In this document: in pieces, positions 17,170 through 27,282 of the stretch
Layout: each line of letters opens with the position of its first letter
Position numbering within the stretch: the stretch's first letter is position 1
Source: Acidimicrobiales bacterium
GTDB lineage: Bacteria > Actinomycetota > Acidimicrobiia > Acidimicrobiales > Ilumatobacteraceae
Assembly: GCA_043756365.1 (NCBI GenBank)
Contig: JAYURF010000495.1
Location: forward strand, 4,445-68,444
Direction of reading: 5' to 3'
DNA length: 64,000 bases
Position numbers and translations under genes: made by a program
The notes under the pieces: generated by a model
The model's input: the letters and a program-made list of their open reading frames with translations, nothing else
Database searches by the model: none
What the model was told of the DNA's origin: nothing

Positions 17170-20100
17170 ATGAGCACCATTTTCACGTACATCCTGATCG
17201 GGTTCGCCGCGGGAGCCGCGTATGCGGGCATCTCGCTTGGCATCGTCGTCACCTACAAGGGTACGGGCACGATCAACTTCGCGGCTGGCGCGATGGCGGC
17301 GTGGGGAGCGTTCCTCTTCGACGACTTGAGACGGAACGGCCTGATGTGGCTCCCGATCCCGCTCAACCATTCGAGTCGCCTCGGCGAGAACGGGTACGGC
17401 GGTGTCCCATTGTTGCTGTTCTCTGCGGCGTCGGCCGCGCTGTTCGCGTTGATCGCGTATGGAGTGGCGCGAGTGGTCCGGCGCCGCAACGAACGAGCCG
17501 GGCGCATCGTGGCGCTGGCGGGGCTCGTCGGCGCCGTCCCCTGGGGGATCTACGTCCTCCTCCACCTCCGCGCGACGGGTCGCTACTTCCTCCCTCTGAT
17601 CCCGTACCGGTTCGACGTCGGCGTGAGGAGCTTCCCGGTTGCTCTGGTCATGACGCTGGCGCTCGCCGGGTTGCTCGGGCTCGCTGTCCATCTCCTCATC
17701 TTCCGGCCGTTGCGCTCGGCCCCACCGCTCGCAAAGGTGGTCGCCTCGGTGGGTTTGATGAGCACGCTCGTCGCGATGATGGCTCTGCGATTCGGCACCA
17801 ACCCTCGATCGGTGCGGCCGATCCTGCCCGCGGAGAAGTTCGATCTCGGCGGCGTGTCCGTCCCGCGCGATCGGCTGTACCTTGCTGCCGTCGCGATCGT
17901 GATCGGCGCTGTTGTGTGGGCGTACTTCCGATTCACGAAGCCGGGCCTCGCCACACGAGCCGCTGCGGAGAGCGAACGGAACGCAGCGCTGCGCGGGTGG
18001 TCGCCCGATCTGCTGGCCGGCAGCACGTGGGTCATCTCGACGGTCGTGTCGACCTTGCTCGTGATCCTCACGCTGCCGATCGTGCCGCTGTCGCAGAACG
18101 TGCACACGTTGATGATCGCTCCCGCGCTGGCGTGCGCGCTCGTCGGGCGCCTCACCTCCATCTCTGTGACCGTGGCCGCAGCTCTGACTCTCGGCTCGAT
18201 CCAGTCGTTGTTGGGATACGGGTCGACCCGTTCATGGTGGCCCGGCTGGGCGCAGACCGGCCTGAACGACGCCGTCCCGTTCCTCGTGCTGATCGTCGTC
18301 CTGTTCGTGCTCGGGCAGAAGCTCCCGACACGCGCCACGCTGCAACCCGACCCGCTGCCGCGGGTGGTGATCCCGCGGAACCGACCCCAGGTGATCGTCC
18401 CGCTGATCATCGGGGCTGTCGCGCTCGTGTGCCTGACGCAGGGCAGCTGGCGCTTCGGTGTGATCACGTCGATGATCCTGATGATCGCCTGCATGTCGAT
18501 CGTCCTGCTCACGGGACTCACCGGACAGATTTCTCTCGCACAGGCGGGACTTGCGGGACTCGCCGGCTTCGCGTTGTCCAAGCTCGCCGCGCGCGGGATC
18601 GGCTTCCCGTGGTCCGTGCTCATCTCAGCAGCGATCGCCGCCGTGTTCGGAGTGATCGTCGGACTGCCCGCGCTCCGAATCCGAGGCGCTCGACTCGCGG
18701 TCGTGACCCTCGCTCTCGCGGTGGCGATCGAGAAGTTCGTGTTCCGGAACGCAGCGTTCGCCAAGTTGGGAGGCGAGCCGGTCGGTGATCCGTACTTCTT
18801 CGGGATCGACCTGAGTATCCGGGAGGGGAGGAACATCGCGCGGTGGCAGTTCGGCGTGATGGTCGTTGTCGTCCTCGTACTGGTCTCGCTGTTCGTCGCC
18901 AACATCATCCGCGGCTCTGCCGGCAGACGCTTCATCGCGCTACGCGGCAACGAGCGTGCAGCAACAGGAGTCGGGATCAACGTGGCAGCGAACAAGCTCG
19001 TCGCGTTCGGGCTCGCGGCGTTCCTGGCCGGCATCGCGGGTTCCCTCATCGGGTACAGCCGGAACCAGCTCTCCGCAGACTCGTTCTCCACGTTCGTCAA
19101 CGTGAGCTTCGTGGCCTTCGCGTACCTGGGCGGGATCACGAGCATGTCCGGCGCGATGATCGGCGGGCTCCTCGCTCCGCTCGGGCTCAGCTACATCATG
19201 ACGGACCGACTGTTCGACCTGGGTCCCAACTACGCACTGATGGGCGGGATCGGTGTGATCCTGATGGCGATCATGAACCCTGTCGGGATCGCCGGAGCCA
19301 ATCGTCAGATGTGGGACCTCGCGAAGCAGAAGTTCCGCACGAGGCGCAGCGTGCCGAAGGAGGCTCCGGTCGATTCGGCGATGACGGTGGACGTTCCCGA
19401 TCGGATCCCGCGCGCTCCGCTCGCACCGGTTCGGGCGGAGCGTCCCCTGCGGCTGCGCACCTCCGAGTTGTCGGTCAGCTATGGCGGCCTGCGCGCTGTC
19501 GACCTCGTCTCGCTCGAGTTGCGCGAAGGCGAGATCGTGGGGCTGATCGGGCCGAACGGAGCGGGCAAGACGAGCTTCATGGACGGCCTGACGGGCTTCA
19601 CGAAGACGTCGGGACGGATCGAGTTCCTCGGGCATCACATCGAGACCGATCCGGCGCACCGCAGGATGCGTCGAGGGCTTTCCCGTACGTGGCAGTCCGG
19701 CGAGCTGTTCGACGACCTGACTGTCTACGAGAATCTCCGGGTGGCCCGCGAGCACGACACGCTGCGCTCGCTCCCGATGGACATCGTGCGACCGCGGCGG
19801 CGCACGGACGACCGACAGGTCGCGACCACGCTGTCGCTGCTCGGGCTGTCGGACAAGGCTCACCGGCATCCACGCGACCTGTCGCTCGGCCAGCAGAAGC
19901 TTGCGGGTGTGGCGCGTGCGTTGTGCTCTGGGCCGTCCGTGCTGCTGCTCGACGAACCAGCTGCGGGCCTCGACTCGGAGGAGAGTCACCGGCTCGGCGG
20001 ACGCCTGCGCGACATCGCCGCGGACGGCACGGCGATCCTGCTGATCGACCACGACATGGGCCTCGTGCTGGAGACATGCGATTACATCTACGTCCTCGAG

Positions 20101-20223
20101 TTCGGACGGCTGATCGCCGAAGGAACGGCGGACCAGATCCGCCGCAGTCCCGCAGTGATCGAGGCATACCTCGGATCAGAGGCCGCGGAGGTCAAGGAGC
20201 TCGCGGAGGGTCACGCGGGATGA
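17170..20223 (+). CDS. Liv/HAAT-type ABC importer, fused permease-permease-ATPase (LivH-LivM-LivG-like) in one 1017-aa ORF
   Basis: N-terminal LivH-like TM domain ([22 protein letters not shown]). Second TM domain ([22 protein letters not shown]...[18 protein letters not shown]). C-terminal ATPase with [15 protein letters not shown] and [10 protein letters not shown]. Confidence 0.8.
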   Translation: MSTIFTYILIGFAAGAAYAGISLGIVVTYKGTGTINFAAGAMAAWGAFLFDDLRRNGLMWLPIPLNHSSRLGENGYGGVPLLLFSAASAALFALIAYGVARVVRRRNERAGRIVALAGLVGAVPWGIYVLLHLRATGRYFLPLIPYRFDVGVRSFPVALVMTLALAGLLGLAVHLLIFRPLRSAPPLAKVVASVGLMSTLVAMMALRFGTNPRSVRPILPAEKFDLGGVSVPRDRLYLAAVAIVIGAVVWAYFRFTKPGLATRAAAESERNAALRGWSPDLLAGSTWVISTVVSTLLVILTLPIVPLSQNVHTLMIAPALACALVGRLTSISVTVAAALTLGSIQSLLGYGSTRSWWPGWAQTGLNDAVPFLVLIVVLFVLGQKLPTRATLQPDPLPRVVIPRNRPQVIVPLIIGAVALVCLTQGSWRFGVITSMILMIACMSIVLLTGLTGQISLAQAGLAGLAGFALSKLAARGIGFPWSVLISAAIAAVFGVIVGLPALRIRGARLAVVTLALAVAIEKFVFRNAAFAKLGGEPVGDPYFFGIDLSIREGRNIARWQFGVMVVVVLVLVSLFVANIIRGSAGRRFIALRGNERAATGVGINVAANKLVAFGLAAFLAGIAGSLIGYSRNQLSADSFSTFVNVSFVAFAYLGGITSMSGAMIGGLLAPLGLSYIMTDRLFDLGPNYALMGGIGVILMAIMNPVGIAGANRQMWDLAKQKFRTRRSVPKEAPVDSAMTVDVPDRIPRAPLAPVRAERPLRLRTSELSVSYGGLRAVDLVSLELREGEIVGLIGPNGAGKTSFMDGLTGFTKTSGRIEFLGHHIETDPAHRRMRRGLSRTWQSGELFDDLTVYENLRVAREHDTLRSLPMDIVRPRRRTDDRQVATTLSLLGLSDKAHRHPRDLSLGQQKLAGVARALCSGPSVLLLDEPAAGLDSEESHRLGGRLRDIAADGTAILLIDHDMGLVLETCDYIYVLEFGRLIAEGTADQIRRSPAVIEAYLGSEAAEVKELAEGHAG

Positions 20224-20939
20224 GCGAGATCCGCGTCACCAATCTCATCGCAGGACACAACGGCGTCCCCGTCGTCCGTGACCTCTCGCTCACCGTCGAA
20301 GCTGGCGAGGTGGTCGCGCTCCTCGGTCCGAATGGTGCGGGGAAGTCGACGACGCTGTGGACGATCGCCGGTGCCTTGCCGGTCATCGGTGGCAGCGTCG
20401 AGGTTCTCGGACAAGCCATCGGCAACCGATCGATGTTCGAGATCGCGCGAGCAGGGCTGGCGCTCGTCCCCGAGGACCGAGGGCTGTTCTACCAGCTGAG
20501 CGTGAAGGAGAACCTCGGGGTGCGTCGGGGACGCGGCGCAGGCGGGATCTCGATCGAGGAGATCCTGGGGTACCTGCCGGCCCTCGTCCCGCTCATGGAC
20601 CGGCGGTGCGGGTTCCTGTCCGGTGGCGAGCAACAGATGCTCGCGCTCGGATGTGCCCTCGCCGCAAACCCGCGCGCGCTCATGATCGACGAGATGTCGC
20701 TCGGGCTCGCACCGATCATCGTCGAACGACTCCTGCCCGTCGTGCGACAGCTGGCGAAGGATCTCGAGATGGCCGTGCTGATCGTCGAACAGCACATCCA
20801 TGCAGTCCTCGCGGTCGCCGATCGGGGTTACGTGCTGTCTCACGGCGAGTTGGTGCTCGAGGGTTCGGCCGCCGAGCTCATCCACCGGCGGGACGTCGTC
20901 GAGTCGAGCTACCTCGGCACCGTCGCGATCGACGAGTGA
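20220..20939 (+). CDS. livF: ABC transporter ATP-binding protein (LivF-like)
   Basis: GPNGAGKST Walker A, LSGGEQQML signature, LMIDEMSLGLAP Walker B. ATGA overlap with the upstream fused gene. Confidence 0.85.
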   Translation: MSEIRVTNLIAGHNGVPVVRDLSLTVEAGEVVALLGPNGAGKSTTLWTIAGALPVIGGSVEVLGQAIGNRSMFEIARAGLALVPEDRGLFYQLSVKENLGVRRGRGAGGISIEEILGYLPALVPLMDRRCGFLSGGEQQMLALGCALAANPRALMIDEMSLGLAPIIVERLLPVVRQLAKDLEMAVLIVEQHIHAVLAVADRGYVLSHGELVLEGSAAELIHRRDVVESSYLGTVAIDE

Positions 20940-21955
20940 CACCTCATGGTCCGGCCCGTTACGCCGCGACACCACGCGCCTTCGCCGACGACGCAGCGCG
21001 CCGGACGAGCAAGGCCTCGTCGCTCGACGCTGCCGATCTGCGCATCATCGACTCGCTGATCGCGAACGGGAGGGCGAACGCGCGGTCGATGACCGCGAGC
21101 ACCGGTCTCTCCGAGGAAACCGTTGCCGACCGGATGCGCGCGCTGCTCGACCGCAGGATCATCGGGATCAGCGCGATCGTCGACTGGAGGGCCGCCGGCT
21201 ATTCCTGGGACCTCTTCCTGTTCGTCAACGTCGGCTCCGTCGCCGCGCGCAGCGTCGTCGACGAGCTGGCGGCTCAGGACCAGGTCGTGTCCATCTACGA
21301 GGTCTTCGGCCCCGTCGACATCGTCGCCCACGTGCTGTGCCACGATCGAGAGGACATGCTCGAGTTCGTGTCGACGACGGTTCGGCGATTCGACGGTGTG
21401 GGTGACGTGGACGTGATGCTCTCGCTGGACACGGTGAAGTACTTCCACGAGTTCGCGCGGGTGCCTGTCACCACGCCACCGCCGGAGCTCCCGGATCCGA
21501 TCATCGAGTTGACACCCGTCGATCACGGGATCATCGCGTCGCTGATGCGCAACGGCCGTGCCCCCCACCGCGAGATCGCCCGCGGACTGGGCGTCTCGGA
21601 CGGGACTGTCCGTGCCCGGCTCCGGCGACTCGTGTCCGCCGGGCTTGTTCGGGTCGCCGCTCAGGTCGACCCGACGAACAGCGGGATGATCGGTGCGCAG
21701 GCGTTCGTGGGCATCACCGTCCGCGGATCGGACCGCGCCGCGGTCGCGACGAAGCTCGCGCCGATGGGGCCGGTGCTCACTGTCACCGTGACCACGGGCC
21801 GCTTCGACCTGTTCTGCTACGTGGTGGCGCGGACCCGGGCGGAGCTGGTCGAGCACGTCGTCAGCGAGATTCGAGCGGTCGACGGCGTCGGCGCGGTCGA
21901 GACCTGGGAGATGACAGCCGTCCGCAAGCACGTCGGCCGATGGGCGCGCTGGTAG
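20936..21955 (+). CDS. Tandem (duplicated) Lrp/AsnC-family transcriptional regulator, paralog of 11651-12721
   Basis: LDAADLRIIDSLIANGRANARSMTASTGLSEETVADRMRAL... plus a second module VDHGIIASLMRNGRAPHREIARGLGVSDGTVRARLRRLVSAG. Same WARW C-terminus as the paralog. GTG 20936 overlaps the livF stop (GTGA). Confidence 0.75.
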   Translation: MTPHGPARYAATPRAFADDAARRTSKASSLDAADLRIIDSLIANGRANARSMTASTGLSEETVADRMRALLDRRIIGISAIVDWRAAGYSWDLFLFVNVGSVAARSVVDELAAQDQVVSIYEVFGPVDIVAHVLCHDREDMLEFVSTTVRRFDGVGDVDVMLSLDTVKYFHEFARVPVTTPPPELPDPIIELTPVDHGIIASLMRNGRAPHREIARGLGVSDGTVRARLRRLVSAGLVRVAAQVDPTNSGMIGAQAFVGITVRGSDRAAVATKLAPMGPVLTVTVTTGRFDLFCYVVARTRAELVEHVVSEIRAVDGVGAVETWEMTAVRKHVGRWARW

Positions 21956-22088
21956 ACCGTGCGTATTCCCGGTATCTTCCCGCGCTTCACACCGAACAGC
22001 GTCATCTCTTCGGGAATAGTCACGTTGACCGTCACGCACCGCACCGAGTACGCTCCCGAAGACGCATGACAGAGTGGAGGGACTGCAC

Positions 22089-22943
22089 ATGACCGCATCA
22101 CCACGGCGCCTCGTTAGTGGGCTCGTGTTCCCCGAAGGGCCACGGTGGCACGACGGACGGCTCTGGCTGTCCGACATGTTCGCCAGCAGAGTGGTCACGT
22201 GCACCCCTGAGGGCGTTGTCGAGACCGTCCTCGACACGGGCGACGTCTGGCCATCCGGCCTCGGGTTTCTGCCCGACGGATCGCTCCTGCTCACCACGAT
22301 GCAGGACGCGCGCCTCGTGCGCTGGGACAAGGGTGAGACGAGCACCGTCGCCGACCTCTCCGAGTACGGCGACGGCACGAAGTTCTGGGGATGCGTGATC
22401 AACGACATGGTGGTCGATGGCAGGGGCAACGCCTACGTCGGCGTCTACGGCACCGGCGCCGACCACGACGAGTCGGGCATCGTCCTCCGCCGCATGGACG
22501 GATCCACTGAGCTCGTCGCGGGTGAGATCGCAAGCGCGAACGGAATGGTCGTGACTCCGGACGGCAAGACGTTGATCATCGCCGAGCTCGGCTCCGACCA
22601 TCTTTCGGCCTTCGACGTTGCGGAGGACGGGACGTTGCAGAACCGCCGCGTCTTCGCTCGAGTTCCCGGCTCGACCCCGGATGGCATTTGTCTCGACGCG
22701 GAAGGGGCCGTCTGGTTCGGATCCGTCTACACCGGCGTGTTCTACCGAGTCGCCGAGGGTGGCAAGGTGCTCGATCAGATCGAGGTGGATGGGTTCGCCG
22801 TCGCGCCCGCGCTCGGCGGACCGGACCGCAAGACCCTGTACCTGCTCACGGCCGACACCACCAAGGAGCTCCTCGCGCAGGGGAAGGCGGACGGCTTCGT
22901 CGAGGTCGTCCAGGTGGACGTGCCCGGCGCCGGCTGGCCGTGA
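22089..22943 (+). CDS. SMP-30/gluconolactonase/LRE-like beta-propeller protein
   Basis: GLVFPEGPRWHDGRLWLSD, repeated ...PDG... blades, NGMVVTPDGKTLIIAE, PDGICLDAEGAVW. ATG 22089 has a GGAGGG SD. Confidence 0.7.
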   Translation: MTASPRRLVSGLVFPEGPRWHDGRLWLSDMFASRVVTCTPEGVVETVLDTGDVWPSGLGFLPDGSLLLTTMQDARLVRWDKGETSTVADLSEYGDGTKFWGCVINDMVVDGRGNAYVGVYGTGADHDESGIVLRRMDGSTELVAGEIASANGMVVTPDGKTLIIAELGSDHLSAFDVAEDGTLQNRRVFARVPGSTPDGICLDAEGAVWFGSVYTGVFYRVAEGGKVLDQIEVDGFAVAPALGGPDRKTLYLLTADTTKELLAQGKADGFVEVVQVDVPGAGWP

Positions 22944-24583
22944 GGGAGTGGCAGTTCGCGACGCTCTGGGAGCTCGCCGCAGACGCCGCCGGCGACGAGG
23001 TCGCGATCGTCCAAGGTCACACGCGACGGAGCTATCGCGACTTCGACGATCGTGCAGCGCGCCTCGCCGCAGCGCTCACCGACGCGGGTCTGCGTCCCGA
23101 CTCCAAGGTCGCGCTGTACCTCTACAACTCACCGGAGTTCCTCGAGGCGAACTTCGCTGCGCTGAAGCAGCGGATGCTGCCGGTCAACGTGAACTACCGC
23201 TACCTCGACGACGAGCTCGAGTACATCCTCGACAACTGTGACGCGGAGGCGCTCTTCTTCCACACGTCGCTCGCCGATCGGGTCGAGCGCGTCCGAGCGC
23301 AGCTCCCGAAGTTGAAGCTCCTCGTCTCCGTCGACGACGGACCCGCGCCGTCTGTCGCAGGCGCGAGGTCGTACCCCGAGTTGCTGAGCGCCTACGAGCC
23401 CGCCGCGAGGATCGAGCGCAGCGAGGACGACCACTACATGCTCTACACGGGCGGCACGACGGGCTACCCCAAGGGCGTGATCCAGGAGATGGGACCGTTC
23501 GCGCGGATGTTCGTCGAACGAGCCTGCGCGCGCTTCGACCTCGAGGTCCCGCCGGACGTCGAGGGGTACGCCGCGCTGATGCAACAGGTCGTGAGCGAGG
23601 GACGCCGCCCGGTGAGCCTCGCGCTCCCGCCGCTGATGCACGGCACAGGTCTGTGGATCGGATCGATGATGGTGATGTGCGCCGCCGGACAGGTGGTGCT
23701 CACGTCGAGCCGCTCGCTCGATCCCGACGAGGTGCTGCGGCTGATCGAGACCGAGCGGGTGACGTTCCTCGTGCTCGTCGGCGACGCGATGTCCCGGCCT
23801 CTGCTCGGCGCGTTCCGCAGGGCGGCCGCAGAGGGTCGGCCGTACGACGCGTCCTCGATCGACACGATCTACTCGTCGGGAGTCATGTGGACGTCCGAGG
23901 TGAAAGCAGAGCTGCTCGAGTTCATCCCGCAGGCGACTCTGTTCGATGGGATGGGGTCGACCGAGGGCGGGATGGGAGTGAAGATCACCCGCCGCGGCGA
24001 GACGGTGACGACCGGGCAGTTCCTCGCCGCCGAGACGACGAAGGTGTTCGCTGAGGACGGGCGCGAGATCCAGCCCGGCTCAGGCGAGGTCGGGATGATC
24101 GCGTCGGGCAGTCCAACCGTGCCGCTCGGCTACTACAAGGATCCGGAGAAGACCGCGCGCACCTTCCGCGAGATCGGCGGTGTGAGGTACTCGTTCCCGG
24201 GCGACTGGGGCCGAATCGACGCCGATGGGACGCTCGTGGTACTCGGTCGCGGCAATCAGTGCATCAACACCGGTGGCGAGAAGGTGTTCCCGGAAGAGGT
24301 CGAGGAAGCGGTGAAGCGGGTGCCTGGGGTCGAGGACTGCCTCGTGGTCGGTCTGCCCGACGAGCGGTTCGGGCAGCGTGTCGCCGCGGTGGTCGCCGGC
24401 TCCGGGCTGTCACCTGACGCCGTCATCGAAGCGACGAAGGCACGGATCTCCGGGTACAAGGTGCCGCGGACGATCCTGGTCGTGGACTCCGTCCCACGTT
24501 TCGACAACGGCAAGCCGAACTACTCAGCTGCAAAAGATCTCCTCGCGCAGAGCACGGCGTCACGCACCGCCGCGGCAGAGTAG
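22940..24583 (+). CDS. Acyl-CoA synthetase / AMP-dependent ligase (FadD-like)
   Basis: LYTGGTTGYPKGV AMP-binding motif, ...GDWGRIDADGTLVVLGR..., GKPNY C-terminus. GTGA overlap with the upstream gene. Confidence 0.85.
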   Translation: MREWQFATLWELAADAAGDEVAIVQGHTRRSYRDFDDRAARLAAALTDAGLRPDSKVALYLYNSPEFLEANFAALKQRMLPVNVNYRYLDDELEYILDNCDAEALFFHTSLADRVERVRAQLPKLKLLVSVDDGPAPSVAGARSYPELLSAYEPAARIERSEDDHYMLYTGGTTGYPKGVIQEMGPFARMFVERACARFDLEVPPDVEGYAALMQQVVSEGRRPVSLALPPLMHGTGLWIGSMMVMCAAGQVVLTSSRSLDPDEVLRLIETERVTFLVLVGDAMSRPLLGAFRRAAAEGRPYDASSIDTIYSSGVMWTSEVKAELLEFIPQATLFDGMGSTEGGMGVKITRRGETVTTGQFLAAETTKVFAEDGREIQPGSGEVGMIASGSPTVPLGYYKDPEKTARTFREIGGVRYSFPGDWGRIDADGTLVVLGRGNQCINTGGEKVFPEEVEEAVKRVPGVEDCLVVGLPDERFGQRVAAVVAGSGLSPDAVIEATKARISGYKVPRTILVVDSVPRFDNGKPNYSAAKDLLAQSTASRTAAAE

Positions 24584-24594
24584 AGACGGTCCAG

Positions 24595-25422
24595 GTGGGA
24601 TATGCGCTGACTGGATTCGACGGCAAGGTCGCTGTCGTGACCGGTGCGGGTCGGATGCGCTCCATCGGTCACTCGATCTGCGTCGAGCTCGCGAGAGCGG
24701 GTTGCGACGTGGTCGCAGTCGGGACTGGTCGTGACCCGAGCTCGTTCCCCGATGAGGAGAAGGCGGCCGGGTGGCGAGATGTCGACAGCGTCGCCGATGA
24801 GGTCCGTTCGCTCGGCCGACGTGCGCTCGCACTGCATGGTGACATCTCGAACGAGCAGAACGTGATCCGCCTGCGGGACGCCGTCGTGGCGGAGCTCGGT
24901 CGGCTCGACATCGTCGTCAACAACGCCAGCGTCGCGCTCGGCAAGGACCGCGTGCCGGTGATCGACCTCGATCCTGCGGTGTGGCAACGCCTGATGGACG
25001 TCAACCTCACCGGCAGCTTCTTGATGTCGAAGCACTTCGGCGCGCGGCTCGTCGAGCAGGGGCGCGGCGGCTCGATCGTCAACATCTCCTCGACAGCAGG
25101 CAAGCTTCTCGCGCCGAACGTCGCCGCGTACGGGGCCTCGAAGGCTGCGCTGCAGGCGCTGACGGGTTCGATGGCGCAGGAGGTGGCGTCGAGCGGTGTG
25201 CGTGTGAACGCGGTGCTCCCTGGGCTCATCGACACGTCGCGGATGGACGCACTCGGCCGCGACGACAGGTGGAACGAGTACATCGAGAAGAACATCCCCC
25301 TCCGACGAGCCGGCAGCCCACGCGACGTCGCCGCGCTCGTGGTCTTCCTCTGCTCCGACGAGGGCGCATGGATCGCCGGACAGCAGTACTTGGTCGACGG
25401 CGGGCGGGCCATCGGATACTGA
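24595..25422 (+). CDS. SDR-family oxidoreductase (paralog of 42590-43417)
   Basis: VAVVTGAGRMRSIGHS, NNASV, YGASKAAL. About 235/275 residues are identical to the 42590 copy by manual alignment. Confidence 0.85.
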   Translation: MGYALTGFDGKVAVVTGAGRMRSIGHSICVELARAGCDVVAVGTGRDPSSFPDEEKAAGWRDVDSVADEVRSLGRRALALHGDISNEQNVIRLRDAVVAELGRLDIVVNNASVALGKDRVPVIDLDPAVWQRLMDVNLTGSFLMSKHFGARLVEQGRGGSIVNISSTAGKLLAPNVAAYGASKAALQALTGSMAQEVASSGVRVNAVLPGLIDTSRMDALGRDDRWNEYIEKNIPLRRAGSPRDVAALVVFLCSDEGAWIAGQQYLVDGGRAIGY

Positions 25423-25558
25423 ACGCGCCGCCGAACGGCCGGCGCAGTCAGGAAACGTTGCCCGTTCGGTAGCACGTTCCTGACAGCGCAACGATTCGCG
25501 CAGCCCGAGCCGCCACCACGTCGAGAGCATGGTTTGGCTCGCCAATTGGCGGATGCTC

Positions 25559-26869
25559 TTACGCCTTCACGGGGTTCCTGGTGAACGTGACCGGAAGCCG
25601 CTCCAGCCCATGCAGTATGTAGCTCGGCTCGTACCCCAGCCGCGAAAGGTCCACGTCAACGGCCGGTGCGATGTCGCTGAGGCGCTCGAACAGCACCTCC
25701 AGCGCGATCCGCGCCTCGGCGCGGGCCAGCGGAGCACCCAGGCAGAAGTGCGCCCCATGTCCGAATGCGAGGTGCGAGGAGGCGTTTGCACGATCAAGGT
25801 CCAACTCACTTGCTTCCACGAACTTGCAGGCGTCCCGATTTCCTGCCGCGTACACCAGAAGCAGCGAGTCACCTGCCTTGATCACCTGCTCACCCACGAC
25901 CGCGTCTGCCGTCGCTTGACGGTAGACGCACAACAGCGGTGGCTCGAGGCGCAGTGATTCCTCCAGGAGGCCCGGAATGAGTGACACGTCACTGCGGACG
26001 CGCTCCATGAGAAGAGCGTCCTGCAGCAGAAAGCGGATCGATGATGCGATCAACTTCGTGGTGGTCTCGTTGCCGGCTGTGAGGAACTGGATGCACAAAT
26101 CCAGGATCTCGCCCTCGGACAGCGGTACGTCGCCGATCTTCGCTGCGAGGAGATCGGAGAGGAAGTCCCCTCTTGGGGTGGCGCGGCGTTCGGCAACCTT
26201 TGCCGCGAAGTATTGGTAGAACTCGATCTGCCTCGCGACCAGAGTTTTGACCTGTTCCGGTGACAAGGAATCGTTGCCCATGGCAGCACAGAATCCGTCT
26301 GACCACCGCTTCAACTGACCCAGATCAGCATCTGGTACACCAAGGAAGTCGGCGATGATGGTGAGGGGCAGCCTCACGGCGTAGTCGCGAACGAGGTCGG
26401 CCTCGTCTCCGGGGAACTCGTCGATGAAGCGGTGACACAGGTCGTGCATGTACGGCTCGAGTGATCGCACCCTCTTCGGCGTGAAGACCCTGTTCACGAG
26501 GCTTCGTTGACGACCATGATCAGGAGGATCGGCCATGACGAGCGCCCTTTCCCGTTCCGGTAACGCCGTGGGGTCCACGCCGAGTTCGCCTGCTGCCATG
26601 AGGCCCTGAACAGATTCCATGACGCGACGAGCGGAGACCGGTCCGCCGATGTTCGCCGAGGAGAAGAGCTCAGGATTCCGGGACACAGAGACGATGTCGT
26701 CGTAGCGGGTGATCAGCCAGCTCTCGATCTCGGGCAAAAAGACGATTCCGCCGGCGTCGCGTACTTGATCGAAGTACGGATAGGGGCACTGGAGCGCATC
26801 GCTCTCGAGCGCGAACACATCGCGAATGTCGTAGGTGCTTTTCGTTGTATCCGTCACTGTTCCCCCCAA
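25559..26869 (-). CDS. Cytochrome P450
   Basis: I-helix FLTAGNETT, EESLRLEPP (ExxR), heme loop FGHGAHFCLGAPLAR. Confidence 0.9.
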   Translation of the reverse strand: MGGTVTDTTKSTYDIRDVFALESDALQCPYPYFDQVRDAGGIVFLPEIESWLITRYDDIVSVSRNPELFSSANIGGPVSARRVMESVQGLMAAGELGVDPTALPERERALVMADPPDHGRQRSLVNRVFTPKRVRSLEPYMHDLCHRFIDEFPGDEADLVRDYAVRLPLTIIADFLGVPDADLGQLKRWSDGFCAAMGNDSLSPEQVKTLVARQIEFYQYFAAKVAERRATPRGDFLSDLLAAKIGDVPLSEGEILDLCIQFLTAGNETTTKLIASSIRFLLQDALLMERVRSDVSLIPGLLEESLRLEPPLLCVYRQATADAVVGEQVIKAGDSLLLVYAAGNRDACKFVEASELDLDRANASSHLAFGHGAHFCLGAPLARAEARIALEVLFERLSDIAPAVDVDLSRLGYEPSYILHGLERLPVTFTRNPVKA

Positions 26870-27282
26870 CGACGTTCCGAAGTCCGTTCAAACGAGGTCC
26901 TGCCTGCGGCATCGGCACGACCCAGCGTTCGGGCTCTGACTCGCACCGTAACCGAGCTTGCGCCCATCTGCAAGGGAATGTCCTCGGATTTTTGGAGTTT
27001 GCTGCTCATCGAGAGCGATCACGCGTCGGAACATCATCGGCGCGACACCAAGGGTGCGTTGATCCTTACTTCCTGGCTTCTGACGAGCGTCATTGCACTT
27101 ATGCGCAAGTTTGGCCTAGATTTGCGTCGGGATCTCAGAGTGCGGCCCTGCAACAGTTCGTGGTCGCGATCAGCAGCATGACGGACGGGGGCTTCGTGAG
27201 CGGAGTTGGGTACCACCGCGACCGAGTGATGTCATGGGCGCGCCGGTCGGGTCCATCCGACTGAACGAGAGGAGGGACATTC

